Positions 26,619 to 36,975 of a stretch of DNA of 64,000 bases are shown piece by piece. The notes below the pieces were generated by a model. It ran no database searches. It was not told the DNA's origin and saw nothing but the letters and a program-made list of their open reading frames with translations. Source of the DNA: a virus (taxonomy: Duplodnaviria; Caudoviricetes); IMG/VR virus record IMGVR_UViG_3300031760_000042, positions 6,500-70,499 of that record; one strand, 5' to 3'. Position numbers and translations under genes: made by a program. Numbering within the stretch: position 1 is the stretch's first letter; each line of letters begins with the position of its first letter.

Positions 26619-27767
26619 ATGGCGAAAAGAAAGACAAGACGGAGAAGGCTTCCAAACGGGTTCGGACAGATCAGCGAGATCAAGGGTCAGAATCTTAGAA
26701 AGCCTTTTCGCGCAATGGTTACTGTGGGAAAGAAGGAGAATGGGAGACCAATTTGTAAGATGTTAAAACCAGAAGCGTATTTCGAAACCTATAACGAAGC
26801 ATACGAAGCCCTTCTCAAATATAACCAGTCACCAGAGGAACAGACTTCTGATATGAAGGTAATAGAGCTTTGGGACTTGTGGTCTGAGTGGTACTTTGAG
26901 AGAATTGAGGCTAAGTCTGCTAATAACTTAAAAGCAGCCTGGAGATACTGTCGTCCCTTGTATGAATCAAAGGTAATAGACCTAAGACCAAGACAGATCA
27001 GAACTTGTATAGACAGTGCTTACAGGATGGTTGGAAATATAAAAAAGGAGGCTTCGGATAACACAAAGTCGCGTATGAAAATTCTTTTCAATATGATGCT
27101 CGATTACGCGGTTGGGTATGGCGTGACGGATCATAACTATGCAAGAGATATAAGACTTCCTCTCGTAAAAAGACACCATGTCGAAAAGCCTCATATACCA
27201 TTCAGTAAAGACGAGCTTCGTATACTTTGGGATCATACCGACATGCCGTTTGTAAAAGTTATCCTGGTTAATTGTTACTCTGGTTGGAGACCTCAAGAGA
27301 TGTGCCATATGAGAAGGTCAAATGTAAATATAACAGACTGGTATTTTAAAGGAGGAATGAAGACTGATGCCGGACGAGGACGAATAGTGCCTGTACATTC
27401 GAAGATTAAAGAATTTGTGTCGGAGTTTTACGAGGATTCTCAAAATATAAAAAATGAAGTACTCTTTACGGTAGCTCATACTCAGACAGGAGAGACGATT
27501 CCTATCGACTCGTACTTTTCCTACAGATACCACTTTTCGAAGGTTATATCAGATCTCAAACTCTCTCAAGACCATCGTCCGCACGACTGTAGAAAGACGT
27601 TCGTAACGTTGGCTAAAGAAGCTCGTGTGGATGAATATGCCATTAAATATATGGTGGGTCACAAGATTTCAGATATAACCGAATCCGTTTATACTACAAG
27701 GAGTCCGGAGTGGTTCCTACAGGAAATCGAAAAAATAAAAGAGCCTGTAGGAATAATGTATAAATAA
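26619..27767 (+). CDS. int: Tyrosine recombinase / phage integrase
   Basis: RRRLPNGFGQI N-terminus; YSGWRPQE (R), KT (K), HRPHDCRKTF (H-x-x-R), MVGH, VYT (Y); GAAAGGAG RBS. Confidence 0.95.
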   Translation: MAKRKTRRRRLPNGFGQISEIKGQNLRKPFRAMVTVGKKENGRPICKMLKPEAYFETYNEAYEALLKYNQSPEEQTSDMKVIELWDLWSEWYFERIEAKSANNLKAAWRYCRPLYESKVIDLRPRQIRTCIDSAYRMVGNIKKEASDNTKSRMKILFNMMLDYAVGYGVTDHNYARDIRLPLVKRHHVEKPHIPFSKDELRILWDHTDMPFVKVILVNCYSGWRPQEMCHMRRSNVNITDWYFKGGMKTDAGRGRIVPVHSKIKEFVSEFYEDSQNIKNEVLFTVAHTQTGETIPIDSYFSYRYHFSKVISDLKLSQDHRPHDCRKTFVTLAKEARVDEYAIKYMVGHKISDITESVYTTRSPEWFLQEIEKIKEPVGIMYK

Positions 27768-27930
27768 CCCGCGTTGGGAAACTGTTACATACTTCTAACA
27801 GACTCTTATGGCGTTTAAGTTTCAATAAGCGATTTTACAATTCTTAGGAGTTCATCCTCCTCCGCAGATACTGCCTAGTTAGTATTTGGAGTGGACGAAC
27901 TCCTAAAATGTAGGAATAATGTAGGAGTGG
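27746..27930. other. Candidate attP region
   Basis: Non-coding gap downstream of int, with TGTAGGARTR repeats at 27746, 27909, 27920 flanking an imperfect palindrome (27844-27857 / 27893-27906). Confidence 0.55.
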
Positions 27931-28013
27931 TCTGTTTTATCGACTTTTCTGGAATTTTCACCCTGGGAAATTTTGGAGAATTTCGAAGGGTGGTTACTTA
28001 CTTAAAGTGTCCT

Positions 28014-29174
28014 TTAAGACTGATAATCAAAAGGAGCTTCCCAATTTTGAACTGCTGGGACGTTATTATCGTTGCTCAATTTCCATCCCTTAATTTTTTG
28101 GGACGCCCGATCAATCAAACCGAATGTTATCGTCTGATTAGCAAACCAATCAAAACTAGTAACGAGTAATCCTGTAGCACTACCATCAACGTAATCAACA
28201 CCGTCATAATGAGTGTGTCCAGCAATCGCACAGAGCAGATCATCGGAACAATTTGTAAAATCATAACTAATTCCAGAAACAGTTCCTGTTGTTCGGTTCT
28301 TTCTTGCGTTCCACAAAGCATTGAGCAACGAAGAAGAATGGATGATATACGTCGGTGAACTTTTTGTAATTGATTCACTTGTAATAGGATCAATCGCAAG
28401 AGAACCGCCCATTTCGAGCGGAACATGGGATACGATAACAAGATCGTGTCCGGTGTCTTCAGACATTTTATCAATCACCCACTGTAAATGTTCATTTGAA
28501 ATCCAGTACCATTGATACCCAGTGATACCAGTAGTTTTATCGGCATAGTCCCAAGACGCAACCACAAGGTACTTAACACGGAGCCGATCATCATAAACCA
28601 TCATAAAACCGCTGTTGTCTGGATATTTTTCCGTGCGTAAGCCAGTGCTTATAAAGTATGGATTATTATACTGCATTGATGGTAAAGTACCAGAAACAGC
28701 AGTAGACACCTCACCCTCATACCAAGTATCATGATTGCCATAAACATTAATCTGTTTATCCTTTGGAATGTCTTTAAGACATAACAAAGCGGCTTCTAAA
28801 GTGGCATTTCTAAGTAATGGATTTGCGTTAGTGTTATCGTCTTCCCAATGATCAACAACGGTATCACCAAGGTTAAAAATCGTACTAACCTCATCCCAAT
28901 TAACAAGGTACGAAAGCAGGTCAAAAAGTCCTTTGTTGCTTGCGTTGAGTCTTCCATGTTGATCTGTGTGGACTATGAACGGAACTTGTTTATTGTCCCC
29001 GGCATATGCAGTCCCCCACTGCACAATAGCGTTCTTCATTGCCTGTGCATACTCCAAAGTAACCCCGTAACTTGTTCCTGCATCGTCTGGCAAGTCATAA
29101 CCAAGAACCGTTGTTGTTACGCCCTTATTTTGATTACCGATATCAACAGCGTTTCCGTTTCCGTCAAAATACAT
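28014..29174 (-). CDS. Calcineurin-like metallophosphoesterase (tail-associated candidate)
   Basis: HTDQH, NLGD, YGNHD, VSHVP, AGHTH motifs. Confidence 0.85.
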   Translation of the reverse strand: MYFDGNGNAVDIGNQNKGVTTTVLGYDLPDDAGTSYGVTLEYAQAMKNAIVQWGTAYAGDNKQVPFIVHTDQHGRLNASNKGLFDLLSYLVNWDEVSTIFNLGDTVVDHWEDDNTNANPLLRNATLEAALLCLKDIPKDKQINVYGNHDTWYEGEVSTAVSGTLPSMQYNNPYFISTGLRTEKYPDNSGFMMVYDDRLRVKYLVVASWDYADKTTGITGYQWYWISNEHLQWVIDKMSEDTGHDLVIVSHVPLEMGGSLAIDPITSESITKSSPTYIIHSSSLLNALWNARKNRTTGTVSGISYDFTNCSDDLLCAIAGHTHYDGVDYVDGSATGLLVTSFDWFANQTITFGLIDRASQKIKGWKLSNDNNVPAVQNWEAPFDYQS

Positions 29175-30703
29175 TAGTAAACACCACCTTTCTGATTGAT
29201 GTTTTTCATCCCGGCGTATGGCGAAAGTGAACCCGCGAAAATGATGTTGCCGCTGTTTCTGAAATACGCATACGATTTCTGGATGCTGTCCGTAAAGAGC
29301 GTGAACCCGACATATGCATATGTTGCTCGTAACTCCATCTCGTACTCAACGTTCTGCCGCCCGGAGTTTGACATGTTCCAACCATTAACGTGCGTATTCT
29401 CTGTGTTCTTGTAGTCAACAAACGGGTCACCTGCTGACATTTGTGTCATGTCATCGACAGCCATATAAACAACAACATGAGTTGCACCTGCTTCGATTGG
29501 GTAGTACTCTGTAATGCTTGTGTATTGGTCGTTTGCTGTACCACCGCTTTGCGTTATCCTTTCCGCCGTTTGCGTTACAACAAGTTCGCCTGGGTATATA
29601 AGATAACGATTTAAGAACATAATGTCTTGCGCTTTGTTTGTGTTGTACAAAGCAGCACGCAGTATTCCGACAAGCAATTCACGACCATTTTTGTTTATGC
29701 GCCCCAAGTCCATCGCATCAAACGCATTGATTTTGCGGAGGTTCGTTTTGTAACGTAAATCAAGCCAATCAAAAACGTTTGCAGGATTACCACCCCATTC
29801 CAAACGAAAATGCGTACCAGCTTGCCCTAATAACCATGATGTTATATCTCCGGTAGATGTTAACCGATTTCGTCCGACAAATGTATATTCGTTGTTTGCG
29901 TATGTATACCGATGACAATACAACGAACCGCTCCTCACCCCGATATAAAGCAATGCAACGGTTGCTTTTTCCAAATAGTCTTTTGTTCTACAATAGCTTA
30001 TTGACGAAATATTTTCGCCTGACGAACTTATTTCGCCCATTTCAAATTCGGGATATATCTTTTCGTCAAAAGCATTTGCAGCGATATGGATTGTTTGACG
30101 TGTGTCACTTATTTCTTTTTTTATATAGTCTACCTTGTCTGGAAGTGTATATAGCGAATTTTCAAGAAATGCACACAATAAAATATCGGCTTCAATCTCT
30201 GTTGCTGTAATGTACAATCCGAACGCATAAATATCCTTCTCACTTGTCCCGGTATAAGATGATCCCATAATAAGGCGATCGTTTGTTCCATCTGTGAAAA
30301 ATGCGTATATTTGCGTCGCACCCGAATATCCAGTTTGTTTTACTGTGAATGTGTCCCCGGCGGCAACATCAAAATATAGCAAATCAGATTCTGAACTGTG
30401 TCCAGAGCCGGCATGTTTCATAATGTGCCTTTCAGCATAACCAAACCTTCCCCTGCTCAAAGCACTCTTTAAGTCAGTAACATCATCCTCTAAATCATCA
30501 ACCCCCTCGACATCCTCTCTGACCGCAGGAGCTAATTTAGCAGCAGTAATCGAGTTATCCGCAACATTCGTAACCGCCTCAGGATGTTCCTCAAACCAGT
30601 CATCTACAGCCTCTCCGACATCTCCGAGAAAAAACATATCGAAGTTGTCATACGTATCGCCGTTCTTAACATTTAATGATTTCTTTTTAATATTTATAGG
30701 CAT
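29174..30703 (-). CDS. Tail-fibre-like structural protein
   Basis: WFEEHPEA...NSITAAKL and DLKSA modules shared with 38281..40569; coupled (TAATG) to phosphoesterase. Confidence 0.6.
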   Translation of the reverse strand: MPINIKKKSLNVKNGDTYDNFDMFFLGDVGEAVDDWFEEHPEAVTNVADNSITAAKLAPAVREDVEGVDDLEDDVTDLKSALSRGRFGYAERHIMKHAGSGHSSESDLLYFDVAAGDTFTVKQTGYSGATQIYAFFTDGTNDRLIMGSSYTGTSEKDIYAFGLYITATEIEADILLCAFLENSLYTLPDKVDYIKKEISDTRQTIHIAANAFDEKIYPEFEMGEISSSGENISSISYCRTKDYLEKATVALLYIGVRSGSLYCHRYTYANNEYTFVGRNRLTSTGDITSWLLGQAGTHFRLEWGGNPANVFDWLDLRYKTNLRKINAFDAMDLGRINKNGRELLVGILRAALYNTNKAQDIMFLNRYLIYPGELVVTQTAERITQSGGTANDQYTSITEYYPIEAGATHVVVYMAVDDMTQMSAGDPFVDYKNTENTHVNGWNMSNSGRQNVEYEMELRATYAYVGFTLFTDSIQKSYAYFRNSGNIIFAGSLSPYAGMKNINQKGGVY

Positions 30704-30716
30704 TAAAGTCTCCTTT

Positions 30717-31124
30717 CTACTCGAGACAAATTAAATATAAAAGAAACGTGTTGGGCGATGTGTGATTTACAGTGATTCTGAAGGTTTCAGAACTCAACGT
30801 TTCTTTCGTTAAAGCTAACGTCGCCGGAGAAGCACCGCTGATAATTTGCAGCTTATTAGTGGTTACGGATTCATTCTTACTCGCCCCAATAAGATAAACT
30901 CCGGCATTGGTATAAACCCCGTCACTACCCAAGCCTGTGATAAGAAGATAGTTGCCAACAGGAAATTCATGCGTTATTCCACCATTGTTAATAACCGTCT
31001 GAGTTAGCTCGTCTGTAAAATTGTAAAAGTTGTTATTCCCTCCATGGTTTCTAATCTCATCCAAAGCATCACCAACAACTTTTGAATTAGCTGGGAGATC
31101 ATCTGAATCTAATCCCTCGGCCAT
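30717..31124 (-). CDS. Small tail-associated hypothetical protein
   Basis: PANSKVVGDAL resembles the ADAKAVGD/ADAKVTGD module of tail fibres. Confidence 0.5.
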   Translation of the reverse strand: MAEGLDSDDLPANSKVVGDALDEIRNHGGNNNFYNFTDELTQTVINNGGITHEFPVGNYLLITGLGSDGVYTNAGVYLIGASKNESVTTNKLQIISGASPATLALTKETLSSETFRITVNHTSPNTFLLYLICLE

Positions 31125-31208
31125 CTCGATAATATCATCAACCCCGTACTTATACTCGCCGCCGATTGTCCAGTCGATCCCATTCCAAAAAATACTAGTG
31201 TCCTTTTG

Positions 31209-33710
31209 TCAACAAACGCTCGTATTGTACGAACAACTTATCACCGTCACATTTCCGTTTGCTGTTGCTCTAAAATTAGGTGCCGATTCTATAAAATAAG
31301 TGGACAATACTAATTCGTTACGACCATCTGATGAAAAAATATGACGAATATACTGTCCCATTTCAATGTATAAAGCTCCCGTGAACTGTATTTTAAGAAT
31401 AGCTTTTGACAAAAAAGGAGTGGTATTTATTTCTTTGTATATTGATTGCCCATTAGCAAGACTAAGAACGGTGTTTGAAACCGTGCCCTCGTAGTTAAAA
31501 TCAGAAAAGTTGGTGTCTGCATAATAGTTGCCAAGATTTCCATCAGTAAAGTATTCAACATCCCAACCGGTACCACTGTAGTCAAATCCCATCTCTAATA
31601 ATTTATTATTAGTAACTGGACTTTGATATGCTCCGGCAAATCCAATCAAACACCCTTCATCGTGTACCGTTTTAACAACGGTCTTTATTTGTTCGTCCGA
31701 TAGACTTGATATTGTTTCTGGAGAGAGCGAGTACATAAAAGGGGCGCCCATGTTTTTACATATGCTTTTTACCGTATCGACATCTGAAATACCTGTATAT
31801 AACTGCATGGCTCCATCAAAGAAATAGCGTGTCGCATAATAGGTTGATCCTATGTATAAAACAAAATTATTCCCTACTATCGAACGAATGACATCGATCT
31901 GATTAACATCGTATGCGTACATGATAAACGGAATAATATTATATTTTTTACAAGCGTATAACGCTTCCTCCAAATCTGTGACCGGAACTTGATATTTTTC
32001 ATATTTACTACGATACACATACTTTGTTTTAAAATCTTCATAAGACACGTTCTCAAAACTAAGATTAGAAATATCAGTTCCGTCTAAAGCTTTTAACTGA
32101 TTCCCTATTTTCCCCGAATTTCCGTGCATAACTACAAACTTCCCAGACGTTGCGGTTTTATGTACGTTTAACTCGACCATCTTATACCCTAATCTGTGAG
32201 CAATTTCTATATCGAATATTGATTGACAAGGAATAGTAGGTTCATTCGACTCAATGCTGTCTATAAATATATGGCTACAATATTTGTACCCATTAAATAA
32301 TACGTTCCCAAGAGCCTGTGCGTTTGACTTTTTTTTAATTGTTTCTTTTATACCGTTGGTCTTTTCGTTAATAGAAGAAACATCACAAAACGTCTTGTAA
32401 CTACGAACGGACACGGATAAACCTATATCATCTTTTGTTGTCGTGGTTAAATCAACGTCTGCGTTGTTAACCACACGTTTTATCCCAATAGCAAATTTAT
32501 CACAATAGAGTTGTCCGGAAAAAGATGTTTTCCAAGACGTTGATTTGCGAGTATTTCCGTTGTAATATTCAGTTAAACTAAACTGAAAACCTTTTTCGGA
32601 ATCAACGCTGATACTAACATAAGGATTTGCATATTCAAACAAATCCGTTACAGCTCTTTTTACGTAATTTTGATCTGAACGCACCCCTAATCCGTTTATG
32701 TATCCATATTCGATATTTATTTCGTTTACGTCTAATGTTTTTTCAAAATAATTATTTAATTTATCAGACTCATCCGAAATCAAAATCGTAGGCTTAAAAG
32801 GAGAATCGTCATTATGAAGCGTTCTACTTGTAACAAGAACTTTATCACATCCATCTGGAATATCCGCTTCTGCCCACTGCACGTCCCCATAAGCTGTGCT
32901 TTGCACTGAATGAGAACTGTCATAAACATCGTTGGAATAAAACGCTATAACTGCCGGGTCTTTATTATATAAAGATGACTGGACTTTAATATGTTTAAAA
33001 GTAGGATTAGTAAATTCGTATACATTAAAGTATGATCCAGCATCCGTTAACGCACCTGTAGCATATGATACATATTTTTTGTTATACACGTTGTTTGTTT
33101 TATAAAAGCCGTCAATGTAATTTAATCTTGTTGGGATGTCCATGCGTTTGAATTTGCAATTAGAAGCAAACTCTGTGATATCTGCTATTTCAGATGTATC
33201 TTCGGTCTCTCTCATAATTATAACGGAAAATTTTGTTCCTTTTGGAACAAATAGCTGTTTACGCTGTGTTGTCCCAGCATTATAAGTGCCATCTGTATTT
33301 TGTACAGGAACATACGCCTTAAATCCGTCAGAAATAAACAACAATATATCCTGATCAAACGATATAAAATCCTTGAATGTTACTCTGAATTCCTGTGTTC
33401 CAAGACTACTTCCATAATTAGAACCGTGTATTAAAGTGGCATTTGTAAAAAAAGATTCGTATTCAGTTTCGCTGTAAATAATTGCACTCTTTAAGTTAGT
33501 AACCTCGTCCCCAACCTTAACTTCTACCACCTGGCTCGCATTCCAAGCCCCAGCAGGATGAGCGGCGTTAAACCGATACAGAAGTCCGTTATAGTTTACA
33601 TAATCACCAACGGAATACGCTGTCAATGTGGAGAATTCGTTCGCAATATTTGGATCGTTTAACCGATATTCGACTCCATTTTGATTTATTTCACTAAGTC
33701 CATAAGCCAT
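31209..33710 (-). CDS. Tail protein with N-terminal CBM-like motif and C-terminal GDPD-like domain
   Basis: AYSVGDYVNYNGLLYRF...HPAGAW; NLKSA; QSIFDIEIAHRLGYKMVELNVHKT...FVVMHG GDPD-like motif. Confidence 0.7.
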   Translation of the reverse strand: MAYGLSEINQNGVEYRLNDPNIANEFSTLTAYSVGDYVNYNGLLYRFNAAHPAGAWNASQVVEVKVGDEVTNLKSAIIYSETEYESFFTNATLIHGSNYGSSLGTQEFRVTFKDFISFDQDILLFISDGFKAYVPVQNTDGTYNAGTTQRKQLFVPKGTKFSVIIMRETEDTSEIADITEFASNCKFKRMDIPTRLNYIDGFYKTNNVYNKKYVSYATGALTDAGSYFNVYEFTNPTFKHIKVQSSLYNKDPAVIAFYSNDVYDSSHSVQSTAYGDVQWAEADIPDGCDKVLVTSRTLHNDDSPFKPTILISDESDKLNNYFEKTLDVNEINIEYGYINGLGVRSDQNYVKRAVTDLFEYANPYVSISVDSEKGFQFSLTEYYNGNTRKSTSWKTSFSGQLYCDKFAIGIKRVVNNADVDLTTTTKDDIGLSVSVRSYKTFCDVSSINEKTNGIKETIKKKSNAQALGNVLFNGYKYCSHIFIDSIESNEPTIPCQSIFDIEIAHRLGYKMVELNVHKTATSGKFVVMHGNSGKIGNQLKALDGTDISNLSFENVSYEDFKTKYVYRSKYEKYQVPVTDLEEALYACKKYNIIPFIMYAYDVNQIDVIRSIVGNNFVLYIGSTYYATRYFFDGAMQLYTGISDVDTVKSICKNMGAPFMYSLSPETISSLSDEQIKTVVKTVHDEGCLIGFAGAYQSPVTNNKLLEMGFDYSGTGWDVEYFTDGNLGNYYADTNFSDFNYEGTVSNTVLSLANGQSIYKEINTTPFLSKAILKIQFTGALYIEMGQYIRHIFSSDGRNELVLSTYFIESAPNFRATANGNVTVISCSYNTSVC

Positions 33711-33862
33711 ATTTTATCTCCTCTTACTTGTTATGTATTACGAGATTAAACCTTGTGCGGGAAGACTGAACCCGTATTATGGCGGTTCCATCTAAAATCA
33801 GCCCTTCGTAAAAGTATAAAAAATGAGCCCTTACCAGAATCGGTAAAGGCTCAGTATGATTT

Positions 33863-34450
33863 CTATGTTGTATGTGTAACTACATTTAATTTGTATCTCG
33901 TTCCGTCGACTTGTGTTGTGGTGATGTCAACTTTAGCAGCATCAATGGCGCTCTTAATGCCGCCACTTTTTACAGCATGAGTACTATTTTCGGTAGGAAC
34001 ATCATCATACGTAGCCTGATTATAAGCTTCCAATATCTCGTCCGAATGATCGAGCGCGTTCGTAAGTTCTCTAATATCAGACGCAGAAATCGTAGCCCCG
34101 TCAAGAGCAGCTCTTTGTACGTCGAGATAGAACGTGGCGGTTATCATCTTGCCTGTCTGATCGGTAAGAGTGATCTCGTATGGCTGTCTTCCTGCTACAG
34201 CTGTCATCTGTTCAGTAAGAGTTACGGTTACGGTGTTCGAAGACACTGTGAAATTAGCGGAAGCAGAATATCCATTTCCGTCTGACTTAGTTCCACGAAC
34301 AGAACAGTCCGTCCAATTTCCGACATTGAGTATGCCACGTCTCGTATGCAGTTTAAATTCCAAGGTGGCATCGGTCTGATACTGCTTGACATGAACGATC
34401 TTCGGTATGCCACCCGGGGTAATATCCAGGTCAATTTTGTATGTTACCAT
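33863..34450 (-). CDS. BppU-like baseplate/fibre adaptor
   Basis: VHVKQY...GTKSDG...VTVTLTEQMTAVAG...EITL...TATFYLDVQR. Confidence 0.7.
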   Translation of the reverse strand: MVTYKIDLDITPGGIPKIVHVKQYQTDATLEFKLHTRRGILNVGNWTDCSVRGTKSDGNGYSASANFTVSSNTVTVTLTEQMTAVAGRQPYEITLTDQTGKMITATFYLDVQRAALDGATISASDIRELTNALDHSDEILEAYNQATYDDVPTENSTHAVKSGGIKSAIDAAKVDITTTQVDGTRYKLNVVTHTT

Positions 34451-34548
34451 ATTACCTCCTTGGTATGTAAATAAAAGACTACTGAGAAGTGAAAGGATGA
34501 ACGAAAAGCTTCTCAGTAGTCTCGCCCATATTAAAGGTGTGTGCTAAT

Positions 34549-35427
34549 TTAGAATTTGCCGGTATTAAGTCTCTCCTGAAGCTTACGGGCTGTCTCCGGA
34601 CCGAAATATCCGTCAACTCCTGCTCCGATACGCTCCTGAATCTTCTTAATTGTCACCGGTCCAAGCTGGCCGTCCTTTTCAAGTCCTACAATCTCCTGAA
34701 TAGCGTCTACCATAGGTGAGCCATAGGAACCATAGGTTACAGACGTAAGAGCTATGTGGTACTTTTTAAGACTTGTGAACTGGCTTGAGATCACACCATC
34801 TACAGGAGTCTTAAGAATATACTGCCATGCTTTGATCGTGTTATGCCCGGCTATCCCGTCGACCTTAAGAGTACCCGGTGTGGAAGTAACAACCGTCGAA
34901 TAATTCGCAAGAGTCACTCCGTCGGTAATAGCCTTCTTAAAGTTAATCCATTTTGAATTATCTGTACCAGTCATTCTAACCGGACAAGGCTTACCCGATA
35001 CATCCCAGTGTCTAAGGATCGTCTTAGCGTTTGGACACTTACTCTGAATATACTTCACGAGTTCCTTTACTGCCGCGGTCTGCTGTACGGAAGGATCTTT
35101 GTCTACGTTGTCACAAAGTTCGATGCTTACACTGTTGGTGTTAGTGCATTTCTTGTAGTAACTTGCCGCACCATACTTGCTCGTTACAAAGCCTCCCACG
35201 GAATAAGCAGCTCTCTCAAGTGCTATAGACTGACACACGTCTCCGTTCTGAGATACGAAGAAGTGAGCTCCGGCATTTCTCGTTACACCGTTTTTAAAGA
35301 AGTTACAATTGTTCTTAGCCGTGTCTCCTTTGTTAGCGGTGTAGTGAATTACAATGTAATATATGTGTGAAAGAGATCTCGTTCCGCCATAGCAAATAGT
35401 CTTTGACGGTATATATGGATAGCTCAT
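34549..35427 (-). CDS. Endolysin: N-acetylmuramoyl-L-alanine amidase (Amidase_2) with peptidoglycan-binding repeats
   Basis: IVIHYT, AHFFV, SIELC, RHWDV..K.CP; DGIAG..T / DGQLGP.T / DGYFGPET repeats. Confidence 0.9.
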   Translation of the reverse strand: MSYPYIPSKTICYGGTRSLSHIYYIVIHYTANKGDTAKNNCNFFKNGVTRNAGAHFFVSQNGDVCQSIALERAAYSVGGFVTSKYGAASYYKKCTNTNSVSIELCDNVDKDPSVQQTAAVKELVKYIQSKCPNAKTILRHWDVSGKPCPVRMTGTDNSKWINFKKAITDGVTLANYSTVVTSTPGTLKVDGIAGHNTIKAWQYILKTPVDGVISSQFTSLKKYHIALTSVTYGSYGSPMVDAIQEIVGLEKDGQLGPVTIKKIQERIGAGVDGYFGPETARKLQERLNTGKF

Positions 35428-35690
35428 TTGCGATCTCCTTTCGTAGCGTTTACGTGTTCTCTACACATTGCGAGTTTGGAATCACTAACTCCATAAGTCG
35501 TAGGATCAACCACAATTCCAACACTCACTAAAATATCTATTAATCCTAATACAAGGTTTGTTGTCATATCTTCACTGACCGGTGGGACGATTTCAAATAT
35601 CCCAAGAACGGTGTATACAAAGGTAATCACACAGGCAAGAAGAGAAGTAAGCGTAACCTTGTTCTGAAATCTGAGTTTCCAGTTAATCAT
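35424..35690 (-). CDS. Holin (phi LC3 family)
   Basis: MINWKLRFQNK...GIVVDPTT.GVSDS. Confidence 0.9.
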   Translation of the reverse strand: MINWKLRFQNKVTLTSLLACVITFVYTVLGIFEIVPPVSEDMTTNLVLGLIDILVSVGIVVDPTTYGVSDSKLAMCREHVNATKGDRK

Positions 35691-36010
35691 TATCGCACCT
35701 CCAGTTTTTCTATCTCGCTCATAGCTGTGTGAAGATGTCCATTCCCCCCAAGCTGTTTGTAGGAGTCGTACATCTCTTTAACTGTGTCTTTGTCATCAAG
35801 GGAAATATAACCCTGTTCCAAATATTCTTTGGTTAACTGTTTTACCCGATCGATCATTAATACTTTGAGGGCTTCGGTCTGGGCACTCATCTGTTCCGAT
35901 GACTTATCTTCCTTCTGCCATTTTCTTTGCAGACAAGAGTTAAGAATCACCATAATTCCAGAACCGATACCCGCCCCCAAAATCCCGATAATAAAATCCA
36001 TGATTTCCAT
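35690..36010 (-). CDS. Holin-like membrane protein
   Basis: N-terminal TM; YLEQGYI...YKQLGGNG motif common upstream of phage lysis genes. Confidence 0.7.
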   Translation of the reverse strand: MEIMDFIIGILGAGIGSGIMVILNSCLQRKWQKEDKSSEQMSAQTEALKVLMIDRVKQLTKEYLEQGYISLDDKDTVKEMYDSYKQLGGNGHLHTAMSEIEKLEVR

Positions 36011-36022
36011 AAATATCAGTCC

Positions 36023-36517
36023 TTAAAGTTTATTCATACAACTAATAATAGTTTTACGTTCTTCGTCTGTAGCAGCCTGATCAAGCATTCTTTCAAGGTG
36101 CTGCATTGTTCTTGTTCTTGAATGGTCTGTGTCGTCTGAATGACTCATATAACGTCCTGTGTTCATGTTCCTTGCCTGGTTATCACGAGTATGCATAATC
36201 ATTCCATCAGTATAAGTTGGATCGTGATAAGGAACTCTTGTACGGTCGTAATAGCTCATCTGACGATTGTGAGCTAACTTCTCCGGATTATCTTCGTAAT
36301 CCATGTAATAAGCGTAGTCGTCGTAGCTTCCTGCTTCGTCCATAGCGCACATGGTCTGAATATCTTTAATCACATCGTATGCTTCGTAAAGAGCGTGGAG
36401 ATCCTGCACGTTAATATCATTTCCTGCGGTAAGCTGCTCGATCTGGTCAAACAGAATCCGCTTTGTGTTATCCATGATTCTCTTATCTCTATCGTCGAAT
36501 TTTCCCATGCAGATCAC
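36023..36517 (-). CDS. Conserved hypothetical protein
   Basis: DVIKDIQTMCAM...Y/S/R-rich; last gene of the conserved cassette. Confidence 0.65.
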   Translation of the reverse strand: MICMGKFDDRDKRIMDNTKRILFDQIEQLTAGNDINVQDLHALYEAYDVIKDIQTMCAMDEAGSYDDYAYYMDYEDNPEKLAHNRQMSYYDRTRVPYHDPTYTDGMIMHTRDNQARNMNTGRYMSHSDDTDHSRTRTMQHLERMLDQAATDEERKTIISCMNKL

Positions 36518-36521
36518 CTCC

Positions 36522-36968
36522 TTATCGTGTCGGGTTTACTTTGACACGAAGATTACGTACGTTTATTGGTTCAGCGGTTACAGATGTGTTAATTACTGAA
36601 GCGGTGTAATCAACGGTTCGAGGAACATCAATGGTCATACCGCCTGATACGTGGTTATACGCATCCGCAACAGTCGGGGTGGACGCGCCGATACTGATAG
36701 GAATAGCCTGTCCCCCAATCGCAATAGCAAGATCGATCTCACCAGCAGTACCGCCTTCGGGAACCGCTATATTCGCCTCGTATTCAACGTCGTATCTTAC
36801 AAACCGGTCACACGGAATTCTGGAGTTACCAGTCAAAGTGATCTGACCGGAGCCGTCACTATGAAACACCAATCCTCTGTTACAAGGGATTCTTGTATTC
36901 AACAGAGCCGAAGCGTTGTATGCAACTTCCTGTATGTCCGGATATACATACTCTGACATAAATATCAC
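36522..36968 (-). CDS. Beta-rich protein (BclA C-terminal/TNF-like)
   Basis: HSDGSGQITL...YDVEYEANIAVP...LAIAIGG...ASVINTS. Confidence 0.6.
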   Translation of the reverse strand: MIFMSEYVYPDIQEVAYNASALLNTRIPCNRGLVFHSDGSGQITLTGNSRIPCDRFVRYDVEYEANIAVPEGGTAGEIDLAIAIGGQAIPISIGASTPTVADAYNHVSGGMTIDVPRTVDYTASVINTSVTAEPINVRNLRVKVNPTR

Positions 36969-36975
36969 TCCTCAA

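Noticed and set aside
33750-33830. Possible riboswitch (GCTGATTT recalls SAM-II) upstream of the GDPD tail gene
   Set aside because: Only a short match; the downstream conserved SAM-II/preQ1 elements are not recognisable.
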